Positions 8,042 to 17,177 are shown, numbered from the stretch's first letter. The stretch: 28,781 nt of DNA from a candidate division WOR-3 bacterium (GCA_965648935.1 CBFGIY010000025.1:1-28781); one strand, 5' to 3'. A program made the numbers and translations. The notes: generated by a model from the letters alone, not told the origin.

Positions 8042-9469
8042 TCAGTCGGTCAGCGTCAGCTTGCGCGTGGCGCGGAAGTCGTTGGCGGCAAGACGGACAA
8101 ACCACGTGCCGGGACCGACAGCGCGGCCCGCGTCGTCGCGGCCGTCCCAGGCGACCGTGTGGCTGCCCGCGGGCCGGGTGCCGTTGACAAGCGTGCGTAC
8201 CAGTTCGCCGGTGGGCGAGTAGACGCGCAGTTCGACCGGCGCGGCAGCAGGCAGGCTGAAGCTGAGCGCGGTGCGGCGCGCGGCCGGGTTGGGCCGGGCC
8301 TCGTGGAGCGCGAAGCCGCGCGCTGATTGCGGCGCTTCGGCGATGCCCGACGAGCGGATGTAGACGGTGCGCGAGAGCACGTTGTTGGCCGGGACCATCT
8401 CGCCGCGCAGGCCGGACACGCTGCAGCGCACCGGGAAGGTACCCAGTTCGGCCGCGGTCCAGTCGCGCAGGAAGGCCGTGTCGGTCACGCCGGGCTGGAG
8501 CGCGACCTGGACGCTTTCGGCATAGAAGCCGCCGATCCAGAGCCGAACCCGGGCGTACTCGGACATCGTGCCGAGGTTGGCGACGACGATGGCCGGCCGC
8601 ACGGTCGCGGCCGAGTCGAGCGTGTCGGGCGGGACAAGGATGGCAATCACCGCGAGGTCGTAGACGTTGACGGTGGTGATGTTGCGCCGGGCGTCGTTGC
8701 CGCTGATGTCGTCACCGGCGAGCTCGGTCGAGCAGACCGCGTTGAGCTGGCCGCGTTCGAGCGCGGTCCACTGCGGGAACTCGACGTAGCGGGCGGTGTT
8801 GGGCGCGTGGCCCGTCACGGTGACAGCCTGGTTGTAGCGGGTGCCGATGCGCATCCGCACTTCGTAGGTTTCGGTGTTGCTGCGGTAGTTGTACACCGAG
8901 CAGGCCGGGGTGATTGCCGTTCCCGAGTCGATCGCGCCGGTCGGGGCAATCAGCCGCGTGACGCCGACGTCGTGGTCAATCTGGCTGGGCAGGTACTGCT
9001 CAATGTAGCTCTTGATGAGGTCTTCGTTGAAGCCTTCCTGCCAGAACCGGACGATGCCGGCGGTGTCGACGACGTAGTTGAGCGGGATGTAGTTGTTCTG
9101 GCGGTAGGCGCCCCAGGCGCTGCCGTTGTCCCGCAGGTAGAGGTTGGTGTTCTGGCGGGCCCAGGCCTTGACGACCATTTCCATATCCTCCTGGAGGTTG
9201 ATGGCGATGGCGTCGAACCCGTGGCGGCCGTAGTCGTTCTGCATCAGCGAAAGGCGCGGTAACTCCGCGCGGCAGGTCGGTCAGCCCGAGGTCCAGAAGT
9301 TCAGCAGGACGACGCGGCCGCGAAACTCCGTAAGCTGGCGATTCACCCAGGCTGTGTCGGGAATCGAGAAGTTCGGGGCCGCCTCGCCCGGCTGGGGACC
9401 GGCCAGCGCGGCCGCGGGCGCCAGAACCAGCAGGACCAGCAGGGCAATCAGCACGGTCTTCTTCTTCAT
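8042..9469 (-). CDS. Secreted TlpA/AhpC-like redoxin selenoprotein (U63-P-T-C) with two CARDB-like Ig domains and a FlgD-Ig tail, 475 aa
   Basis: ORFs 9281..9586 and 8042..9244 share a frame and are separated by a single TGA at 9283-9281: GRVVLLNFWTSG-U-PTCRAELPRL. Start ATG 9469 with RBS; promoter-like TTGACC-N17-TAGCAT (9541-9513). Confidence 0.88.
9254..9270 (-). promoter_or_regulatory. Putative bacterial SECIS hairpin
   Basis: GCGCGG-AGUUA-CCGCGC; 10 nt separate the UGA from the stem and 16 nt from the loop, which has G at position 2. Confidence 0.7.
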
Positions 9470-9592
9470 TGATGTCTTTCCTTTTCGGGCCCGTTTGCCG
9501 GGCCGCACCACAATGCTAGGGCCGGCCGGGACTATGGTCAAGCCAAATCGGCAGCGGCCAATTGGCCGCTGCCGTCGGCTGGGCAAGGAGGT

Positions 9593-9913
9593 CTAGCGGC
9601 CGCGGTGACCGCGGCCCGGGTTGTCGGGCCGCTCGCCGTGCCAGCGGCTGTCGGGCCGGCCGCGATGATGGCCGCGGCGGTACCCGTAATGCCGGCCGCG
9701 GGTGTAGCCGTAGTGTCGGCCCCGGTCGCGGCGGTAGTGGCGCGGCGCGTGGCGCGGGCTGTAGCAGAAGGCGCGCATCAGGCGGCGCATCAGCGGCCGG
9801 TGCACGACCACGTGCCGGGCGCGCGGGCCGGGCCGTCGCGCGGGCGGGCGCGAGGCGAAGCCGGTGCTCGCGAGCGCGAGTGCGATGAGGACTGCGGCAG
9901 TAGCGCGTTTCAT
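9593..9913 (-). CDS. Small secreted Arg/His/Gly-rich protein
   Basis: RBS AAAGGAG plus ATG, signal peptide ending TGFA, tandem RGRHYGY repeats. Confidence 0.7.
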   Translation of the reverse strand: MKRATAAVLIALALASTGFASRPPARRPGPRARHVVVHRPLMRRLMRAFCYSPRHAPRHYRRDRGRHYGYTRGRHYGYRRGHHRGRPDSRWHGERPDNPGRGHRGR

Positions 9914-10046
9914 TCAGACTCCTTTCGGACCGCAGAGCAGCCACAGTCATCTACCCCTGTCGGGGCCAGGGTATTCCCGGGCGGCGCAGAGCCGCGCATC
10001 CCGGAACCGCGGCGCGAGTCTAACGGGCCGAAAGAAGGTGAGAGCA

Positions 10047-10178
10047 GTGAAGAGAGCAAAGGATGAACTGAAACTGGGCTTAGACAAGGTGGCCGTGTGC
10101 GACGACCGGGTCTGTTACCTTGTCGACCGCGGCTGCCTCGAACGCGAGTGTTGCTGCTCCTGCGACTGCTGCTGCTAG
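10047..10178 (+). CDS. 43-aa cysteine-rich peptide MKRAKDELKLGLDKVAVCDDRVCYLVDRGCLERECCCSCDCCC
   Basis: Purine-rich RBS-like GAAGGTGA upstream of GTG 10047; 10 Cys; stop followed by hairpins. Confidence 0.6.
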   Translation: MKRAKDELKLGLDKVAVCDDRVCYLVDRGCLERECCCSCDCCC

Positions 10179-10207
10179 ACAATAGCGGGGCGAACCACCC
10201 TGCTGAT

Positions 10208-10245
10208 AGAAGAAACTGCCGGGCCGCGCAGAAGCGCGGCCCGGC
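10208..10245 (-). terminator. Intrinsic terminator of the capsid-like gene, between convergent ORFs
   Basis: GCCGGGCCGCGC-TTCT-GCGCGGCCCGGC followed by AGTTTCTTCT. Confidence 0.75.
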
Positions 10246-10255
10246 TCGTGTTGTA

Positions 10256-10624
10256 TCACACCGGCGCGGGGATGTTGAAGACCCCAGAGCGGACCGCCGC
10301 GAGCACGACCGGGTCGAGGCCGCGGGCCTGCCACTTGGTCAGCAGCACCTGGGCCGCGAGCGCGAACGAGTTGCCCGAGATGCCGCGCTGGCGCGACAGC
10401 CGGAACAGCTCGCGGCCGTAGTTCAGGTACGGCACGTACAGGATGGTCTGAACGTTCTGTTCGTCCAGCACCTGCTTGACCTGGACCTCGGTTGCCCAGA
10501 GCTCGGCCACGACCGCGGAGTAGCGTTCGAGCATCGTCTGCCGGCGCTCATCGAGTATCGCCTTGATGCGCTCGGTGTTGTACTTCACCGCCCAGTTGCC
10601 GATGCGTTCGGTTGCGTCTGCCAT
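10256..10624 (-). CDS. 122-aa protein resembling the rudivirus/Adnaviria (SIRV2-fold) major capsid protein
   Basis: Very strong RBS AAAGGAGGTGA plus ATG 10624. Motifs RIGNWAVKYN, AIL, VKQVL, YLNYGRELFR, GISG and DPVVLAAV are collinear with the SIRV2 MCP sequence as recalled from memory. The gene call is secure; the family call needs confirmation. Confidence 0.72.
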   Translation of the reverse strand: MADATERIGNWAVKYNTERIKAILDERRQTMLERYSAVVAELWATEVQVKQVLDEQNVQTILYVPYLNYGRELFRLSRQRGISGNSFALAAQVLLTKWQARGLDPVVLAAVRSGVFNIPAPV

Positions 10625-11262
10625 AAGCTCACCTCCTTTCGCTTCAGCGTTCGAACAGAGCATTAGATGCAGTTCGGGCCGAAGTTCGGACAGAACTTGC
10701 CGCAGTAGCGGGTAAGTAGTTCTACAGAAGAAAGTTACATTCGTTGGCCGCGCTGGGGCCCGGTCAGAAAGCGGTCTGCGGTCGTGACTGGGCTGTGTCC
10801 CCACGGTTGTTCTAGACTACTGATGGGGGAACGGCCAGGAGAGTGGTTCGGCTGGCGTATCTTGGTTCAAAACAGGGCCAGAGCGCCACTTCTGCTCTAT
10901 GCAGCAGTCCAGCCATCGGTTGTCAGTCTGATACTCTCCAGGTGGGTCACAGCGAGTGGCTCTGCGCTTTAAGGCTCGATACACGGAAGAGCGGGTGGGA
11001 GGGTCTATCGTCCAAGATCATGCTCTTCAGTCAGATGAGCGGCGCGGGTGGTGGACTGGTTCTTGGCGGGTGGCGGCGTCGGCCGGCGGGAATAGTGGCG
11101 GCGAAGCCGGGGTATGTCTGGCTGGCGGGTGGACAGTACATCCGTGCCATCTGTGCCTCCATGTCGGGTTTCTGCCTCCCTGCCCGACCAGGGGCCGCGC
11201 CGGGGAAGCTTGCAGGCTTCTCCGGCGCGGCTTGTCATCCTACATCATAGTCTTCGCGCAGG

Positions 11263-11312
11263 TTGACTTGACTCAGCGGGTCGAATACTGTGTTAAGCTG
11301 GTGTTAGGCTTT
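11263..11312 (+). promoter_or_regulatory. Sigma70-like promoter plus 11-bp-period direct repeat (PhoB/PhoP-like box candidate)
   Basis: TTGACT-N17-TACTGT (11263-11291); TGTTAAGCT-GG-TGTTAGGCT (11291-11310). Confidence 0.45.
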
Positions 11313-12341
11313 GCTGATATTCTGAGCCGGTCCGCGGCCTGCGCAGGTTGCGCGCGCCCGGGCATTGGCGGTTGCCGGGCATTCGGCGTGGCGCTTGGTC
11401 TGCTGGTCGTGCTCGCCGTCCCGGCATCGGGCGTGCGGATCGGCGAGCGGGCCGGCAACGAACGGCTTTCGGTTGACGGCTATGCCCACATACAATGGGT
11501 GCAGGACTTTCGGGCCGGCGCGTGGCCGGCCTTCGGTTTCATCCTGCGGCGCGCCCGGTTCAGTCTGGAGTACGAGTTCGCCGAGCGGGCCGCGTTCGAG
11601 ATGGAGGTGGGCGCAGACCGGCTGGCCCTTGAAGTGAAGGACGCGTTTGTCGCGTACCGCATCGGCCGGCCCCTGCGCCTGGTCGCGGGACTGCAGAAGA
11701 TGCCGTTCAGCCGCGAGGAGCTGACCCCGGCAAGCCGGCTGGTGACCGTCGAGCGCGGCGCGGCCAATGACCGGTTCGGCTCGATGGGTTTTCTCGGCCG
11801 CGACATCGGGCTGGTCGCGGAGGGCGGGCTTTTCGCGCCGCGGCTCGGACTCGGCTACGCGCTGGGCGTTTTCAACGGCAACCGGGCGCGGCGGTTCCGC
11901 GATGACAATGACGCGAAGCAGTTTGTCGAGCGGCTCACGTTTGAGCCGTCAAGCCGGTTTGCGCTCGGCCTGAACGCAACCCAGCGAAACGACAGCCTGA
12001 GCGGCAGGCTGGTGCATGCCTTTGGCGGCGATGCCGCGCTGAAGCTCGGGCCGGCAGCGGTCGAACTTGAGGCACTGTGCGGCAATGCCGACAGCGCGGC
12101 GTGGATGGCGGGCGCTTGGCTCGTCGGTTCGGCGCGTCTGGGCGCGCTCGAGCCGGTGCTGCGGCTTGAGCATCTGCGCGGCGACCCGCAGGGCGACGGC
12201 GCGGCGCTGACCGCGCTGTCGGCCGGGCTGAACTGGTACCTGCAGCGCCGGGTGCGGCTGAAGACCGACTGGACCGCGCGATTCGGGACACAGCCGGGCG
12301 CGGGCAGCGTGGTGACCGTCGAGGCGCAGGCCGGGTTCTAG
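11301..12341 (+). CDS. Outer-membrane porin, OprO/OprP (phosphate-selective) superfamily; start uncertain (GTG 11301 or 11388)
   Basis: GFILRRARF, VKDAFV, GLQKMPFSREEL, VERG, GRDIG, YALGVFNGN, AGLNWYL, C-terminal QAGF. Confidence 0.85.
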   Translation: MLGFADILSRSAACAGCARPGIGGCRAFGVALGLLVVLAVPASGVRIGERAGNERLSVDGYAHIQWVQDFRAGAWPAFGFILRRARFSLEYEFAERAAFEMEVGADRLALEVKDAFVAYRIGRPLRLVAGLQKMPFSREELTPASRLVTVERGAANDRFGSMGFLGRDIGLVAEGGLFAPRLGLGYALGVFNGNRARRFRDDNDAKQFVERLTFEPSSRFALGLNATQRNDSLSGRLVHAFGGDAALKLGPAAVELEALCGNADSAAWMAGAWLVGSARLGALEPVLRLEHLRGDPQGDGAALTALSAGLNWYLQRRVRLKTDWTARFGTQPGAGSVVTVEAQAGF

Positions 12342-13385
12342 ATGGGAGAGGCATACAGAACAATGCAGGAAGAGCGCAGGATACAGAACGAGGTCCGAGG
12401 AAGGAAGGTCCTGGCCGGCGTGCTGGCGGGCGTGCTGCTCATGGCGGGCGGGTGCAGCGCCGACCCGGCCGGGTTTCGCGAGTCGCCCTATGCCGGCGCG
12501 CTCTACATCAACGAGTTCATGGCCTCGAACCGGACGACGGTCGCGGATGAGGCCGGGGACTATGACGACTGGGTGGAAGTGCACAATGCCGGCGATGCGG
12601 CTATCAGGTTGCGCGGGATGTACCTGACCGACAATCTGGCCGCGCCGACCAAGTGGAGCTTCCCGGACACGACAATCGGGCCGGGTGAATACCTGCTGGT
12701 CTGGTGCGACGGCGAGTACCGCGAGGGGCCGCTACACGCCTCGTTCAAGCTCGATTCGGACGGCGAGCAGCTCGGGTTCTTCGCGGCAACCGGTGACCAG
12801 GTCTATTACATCGACACGCTGAGTTTCGGGCCGCAGAGCACCGACACCGCGCAGGGCCGGTACCCGGACGGCGGGGCCTGGCGCATGATGGACTTTCCGA
12901 CCCCGGGCGCGCGCAACATCTCGGGGCTCTCGCGCTGGCGCGGCAAGCTGTTCATCAACGAGTTCCAGGCGTCGAACCAGAGCACGGTGCGCGACGAGGC
13001 CGGCGACTATGACGACTGGCTGGAGCTGTACAACGCCGCGGACAGCGCGGTCGCGCTCGGCGGCTGGACCCTGACCGACGACCTCGGCCAGCCGAAGAAG
13101 TGGACTTTCCCGGACACCAACATCAGGGCGGGCGGGTTCCTGCTGGTGTGGTGTGACGACGAGCCGGAGCAGGGGCCGCTGCACGCTACCTTCAATCTCG
13201 CGGCCGCGGCCGGCGAACAGCTCGGGCTGTATTCGCCCGAGGGCAGGCACGCGCTGGCCGTGGACACTTTCTCTTTCGGGCCGCAGAAGACCGACACTTC
13301 ATTCGGACGGATGCCGGACGGCGGCGCGGACTGGCAACTCATGCCGCGGCCGACACCGGGCCGGTCCAACGCGGGCCGGCGCTAG
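12342..13385 (+). CDS. Lipoprotein with two lamin-tail (LTD) domains
   Basis: Lipobox AGGC; two copies of INEFxASN...DEAGDYDDWxExxN...LTD...KWxFPDT...GRxPDG...PTPGxxN. Alternative start 12363. Confidence 0.9.
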   Translation: MGEAYRTMQEERRIQNEVRGRKVLAGVLAGVLLMAGGCSADPAGFRESPYAGALYINEFMASNRTTVADEAGDYDDWVEVHNAGDAAIRLRGMYLTDNLAAPTKWSFPDTTIGPGEYLLVWCDGEYREGPLHASFKLDSDGEQLGFFAATGDQVYYIDTLSFGPQSTDTAQGRYPDGGAWRMMDFPTPGARNISGLSRWRGKLFINEFQASNQSTVRDEAGDYDDWLELYNAADSAVALGGWTLTDDLGQPKKWTFPDTNIRAGGFLLVWCDDEPEQGPLHATFNLAAAAGEQLGLYSPEGRHALAVDTFSFGPQKTDTSFGRMPDGGADWQLMPRPTPGRSNAGRR

Positions 13386-13403
13386 GGGAGGGCAGGCGCG
13401 CCG

Positions 13404-15653
13404 ATGACCGGCCGAGCGCTGGCGCTGCTCATGCTGGTCCTCGCGCTGGCCAGGGCCGGGCTTTTCGACCTCGACGGCGTGAGCGAGATACGGCTGCAGT
13501 TTGCCCAGCCCAACTGGGACGAGATTCTCGACAGCCTTTACGCCGCGGGCGAGGAGGGCCGGCTGGTGGGCAGCGCGACCGTGGACGGCGTGCGCTTCGA
13601 CTCGGTCGGCGTGCGCTACAAGGGCGCGAGCTCATACAACCCGAGCCGGCGCAAGAACCCGTTCAATATCAAGCTCGATTATGCGCAGCCGGGCCAGGCC
13701 ATCGAAGGGCACGGCACCCTGCGGCTGGCCAACGTCTACAAGGACCCGAGTTTCGTGCGCGAGGTGCTGGCCTACGAGATTGCCCGGCGCTACATGGCCG
13801 CGGGCCGGTCGGCGTTCGTCAATGTCTGGGTGAATGATACGCTCATCGGCCTGTACACCTGCAACGAGGACCCGGACAAGCGTTTCATGCGCGAGCACTT
13901 CCTGTGCGACGGCAACGCCCGGTTCAAGGGGCGGCTGACCGACAGCTCGCAGATGAGCGGCTGGAAGTACTTTGGCCCGGACAGCGCCGCGTACCGGCAC
14001 TACTACGAGATGCAGTCGGACTCGGGCTGGGCCGAGCTGGTCGGGTTTCTCGACACCTTCAACAACCGGCCCGAACTGGTCGAGCGGGTGCTCGACGTGG
14101 ACCGGCACCTGTGGATGCTCGCGTTCGACATCGTGCTGGTGAACCTTGACGCGCCGGTGAACATGCCGCAGAACTTCTACCTGTATCGTGACGCGTCGGG
14201 CCGGTTCTGCCCGGTGGTGTGGGACCTGAACGAGAGCTTCGGCGCGTTCCGCGACCTGTGCGGCACGGGCCAGCTCAACCTCGCCCAGATGCAGGCGCTG
14301 GATGCGTTCCTGCGCTCGGGCGACGAGAACTACCCGATATGCAGCCGGGTGTTTGCCGATGCGCGCCTGCGTCGGATGTACGTCGCCCACGCCCGGACGA
14401 TGCTCGCCGAGACTTTTGCCAGCGGCTGGTACCGCAGCCGGGCCGAAGAGATACAGGACGCGATCGACGCGCACGTGCGCGCCGACCCGAACAAGTTCTA
14501 CACCTACAACGATTTTCTCAACAACATCACCCGCTCGGTCGGCACCGGGCCGCTGGCCATCGTCGGTCTGACCGAGCTGATGGGGCCGCGCGTGAACTAT
14601 CTCTCGGCGCGGCCCGAGTTCACGGCCGCCGCGCCGACAATCGGAACGGTCCTCGTCACGCCGCCGCGGCCCACCCCGGGTGCGAGCGTGAGCTTCACGG
14701 CCGGCGTGAGCGGGGCCGACTCGGTGTTCCTGGGCTGGCGCCAGAACCCGGCGCACCGGTTCGAGCGCGTGGCGATGGCCGACTCAGGCGGCGGGCAGTA
14801 CGCGGCGACCGTGCGGGTCGGGGCCGGCAACGTCGAGTACTACATCTACGCCGAGAACGATGCGGCGGGAGCGTTTGAGCCGGCTCGCGCCGAGCGCGAG
14901 TTCCGGTCGCTGCCGGTAACCGCAAGCCTGGTCATCAACGAGCTGATGGCAATCAACAACTCGACCGTGCGCGACCCCTCGGGTCAGTTCGACGACTGGC
15001 TGGAAATCGTCAACAACACCGACCGGGCGATCTCGCTCGACGGTTACCTGCTCTCCGACGATTCCGCCGAAATCGTCAAGTGGTCTTTCCCGGACGTGGC
15101 GCTGGCGCCGCGCGGCCGGGTGATCGTCTGGGCCGACAACGATTCGACCCAGCCCGGCCTGCACGCCAGCTTCACGCTCGCCGGGGGCGGCGGCACCGTG
15201 CTGCTTTCGGACCCGGACGGCCGGCCCCTGGACCGGGTGACGTTCGGCCAGCAGTACGCCGACGTGAGTTTCGGCCGGTACCCGGACGCGGCGGGCGCGT
15301 TCCGGCTGATGAACCCGACGCCGGGATGGGAGAACGACAGCGCGGTCGGCACGGCCGAACCGGGCACGGCCGCAACCTTGAGCATCCGGCTGGCGGCCCG
15401 GCCCAATCCATTCGCCCGCGCGACGCGGCTCGGCTTCGCACTGGCCCGGCCCGGGCGAGCGAGCCTGCGGGTTTATGACGCGGCGGGCCGGGTCGCGGCC
15501 GTGCTCCTGGACGGCGAGCGCGCGGCCGGGCAGCACGAGGCCGAGTTCGCGCCGGCCGGCGCGATGCCCGGCGGCGTGTACTTCGCACGGCTCGAGGCAC
15601 GGACGGCGCTCGGCGCGGCGCGAGAGTCGATAAAGCTGGTGGTAACGAGGTAG
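13404..15653 (+). CDS. CotH kinase family protein with an LTD domain and a T9SS/FlgD-like C-terminal tail
   Basis: VGVRYKGASS, KNPFNIKLD, DPSFVREVLAY, GLYTCNE, NLD...QNFYLY, WDLNESFG; LTD motif INELMA; tail PNPF...GVYFARL. Confidence 0.92.
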   Translation: MTGRALALLMLVLALARAGLFDLDGVSEIRLQFAQPNWDEILDSLYAAGEEGRLVGSATVDGVRFDSVGVRYKGASSYNPSRRKNPFNIKLDYAQPGQAIEGHGTLRLANVYKDPSFVREVLAYEIARRYMAAGRSAFVNVWVNDTLIGLYTCNEDPDKRFMREHFLCDGNARFKGRLTDSSQMSGWKYFGPDSAAYRHYYEMQSDSGWAELVGFLDTFNNRPELVERVLDVDRHLWMLAFDIVLVNLDAPVNMPQNFYLYRDASGRFCPVVWDLNESFGAFRDLCGTGQLNLAQMQALDAFLRSGDENYPICSRVFADARLRRMYVAHARTMLAETFASGWYRSRAEEIQDAIDAHVRADPNKFYTYNDFLNNITRSVGTGPLAIVGLTELMGPRVNYLSARPEFTAAAPTIGTVLVTPPRPTPGASVSFTAGVSGADSVFLGWRQNPAHRFERVAMADSGGGQYAATVRVGAGNVEYYIYAENDAAGAFEPARAEREFRSLPVTASLVINELMAINNSTVRDPSGQFDDWLEIVNNTDRAISLDGYLLSDDSAEIVKWSFPDVALAPRGRVIVWADNDSTQPGLHASFTLAGGGGTVLLSDPDGRPLDRVTFGQQYADVSFGRYPDAAGAFRLMNPTPGWENDSAVGTAEPGTAATLSIRLAARPNPFARATRLGFALARPGRASLRVYDAAGRVAAVLLDGERAAGQHEAEFAPAGAMPGGVYFARLEARTALGAARESIKLVVTR

Positions 15654-15662
15654 GGAGGAAGC

Positions 15663-17177
15663 GTGAAGCGTTCAGTCATTGCCGCGGCCCTTGCGCTGCT
15701 TTCGGCCGGGGCCGGGGCACAGGTGTTTGACGGGCTGGCCCTGTTCAACTCGGTGTACAGCCGCACGGCCAAGCTGGTCAACAACGACGGACAGGTAGTG
15801 AACTCGTGGACCTGCGCGAGCACGCCGGCCTACGCGGTCTACCTGATGCCGGACTCGACCATCTGGCGGCCGGGCCAGTACTCGGGCGCGTCGATGCGCG
15901 GCGGCGTGTACGGCGGGCTGATCGAGCGCTACGACTGGGACGGCGACGTGGTGCAGAGCTTTCTCTGGTCGGACGCGAACAACCAGCAGCACCACGACAT
16001 CCACCCGATGCCCAACGGTAACATCCTGCTGCTGGCCTGGGAGCGCAAGACCCGGGCCGAGGCGCAGGCGATGGGCCGGGTGAATGTCACCGGCGAGATG
16101 TGGCCCGAGGCGATAATCGAGTACGACCCGGACGCCGACAGCGTGGTCTGGCGCTGGCGGGTGTGGGACCACGTGATACAGGACGTCGATTCGACCAAGC
16201 CCAACCACGGCGTGGTGCGCGACCATCCCGAACTGGTCGACATCAACCTCGGCACGCTGTTCTCCTACGGCGACTGGATTCACGCCAACATCGTCGCGTA
16301 CAGCCCGGAGCGCGACGAGATAGTGTTCTCATCGCATTTCCTCAACGAGATATACGTCATCGACCATTCGACCACGACCGAGGAGGCGGCCGGGCACTCG
16401 GGCGGGCGCCACGGCCGGGGCGGCGACATCATCTACCGCTGGGGCAACCCGCAAAACTACCGGCGCGGCGATTCGACCGACCAGGTGTTCTACGTCGTGC
16501 ACGGCGCGAACTGGATAGCGCCCGGCCTGCGCGGTGCGGGCAACATTCTCGTGTTCAATAACGGCGACCGGCCGGGCTCGGCCAACGACTACTCGACCGT
16601 GCTGGAGATCACGCCGCCGCTGGATTCAGGTGACCACTACTACATTCACCCGGACTCGGCATTCGGGCCGGCCGCGCCGGGCTGGGTGTACCAGAACCCG
16701 GGCGTGTTCTACTCCGGCCACATGTCCGGCGCGTACCGGCTGCCCAACGGCAACACTTTCATCACCGAGGCGGTGAGCGGCCGCCTGAGCGAGGTCACCG
16801 AGGACGGCCGGGTCGTCTGGACCTACATGTCCCCGGCCTGGACCGGCCGGGCCATCAAGTACCCGCGCGAGTTCGCGACCGGACTGGGCGGCGACGGCGG
16901 TGCGCGGTTGCTGCGCGGCGCGTGGTGCAGCTCGCCGGTGCGGCCGGGCCAGCCGGCCCGGGTCTGGTTCGAGCTTGGCCGCACGAGCCGCGTGACCCTG
17001 CAGGTCTTTGACGCGGCCGGGCGCGATGTCGCGACCCTGGTTGACGGCCAGAGCGCGGCCGGCCGGCACGAATGTTCGTTCTCTGTTCCCGGGCGCGCGG
17101 TGCCCGGGGGCGTGTACTTTGCCCGGCTGACCGCCGACGACGAACGCACCGGGCTCAAACTGGTAGTGGCTGAGTAA
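15663..17177 (+). CDS. Aryl-sulfate sulfotransferase (ASST)-family beta-propeller, paralog 1, with C-terminal sorting tail
   Basis: QHHDIHPMPNGNIL, VWRWRVWDH, DWIHAN, IYVIDHST, YRWGNP, ILVFNNG, SGAYRLPNGNTFITE. Confidence 0.88.
   Translation: MKRSVIAAALALLSAGAGAQVFDGLALFNSVYSRTAKLVNNDGQVVNSWTCASTPAYAVYLMPDSTIWRPGQYSGASMRGGVYGGLIERYDWDGDVVQSFLWSDANNQQHHDIHPMPNGNILLLAWERKTRAEAQAMGRVNVTGEMWPEAIIEYDPDADSVVWRWRVWDHVIQDVDSTKPNHGVVRDHPELVDINLGTLFSYGDWIHANIVAYSPERDEIVFSSHFLNEIYVIDHSTTTEEAAGHSGGRHGRGGDIIYRWGNPQNYRRGDSTDQVFYVVHGANWIAPGLRGAGNILVFNNGDRPGSANDYSTVLEITPPLDSGDHYYIHPDSAFGPAAPGWVYQNPGVFYSGHMSGAYRLPNGNTFITEAVSGRLSEVTEDGRVVWTYMSPAWTGRAIKYPREFATGLGGDGGARLLRGAWCSSPVRPGQPARVWFELGRTSRVTLQVFDAAGRDVATLVDGQSAAGRHECSFSVPGRAVPGGVYFARLTADDERTGLKLVVAE

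Noticed and set aside
9281..9283. Reading the TGA as a true stop or a pseudogene lesion
   Set aside because: It occupies the catalytic Cys position, the frame continues intact and a SECIS-like hairpin follows.
10649..10698. Canonical LexA box
   Set aside because: Spacing matches neither GAAC-N4-GTTC nor GTTC-N7-GTTC.
10956..11300. N-terminal extension of the porin ORF
   Set aside because: Not protein-like, lies upstream of the signal peptide and contains the predicted promoter.
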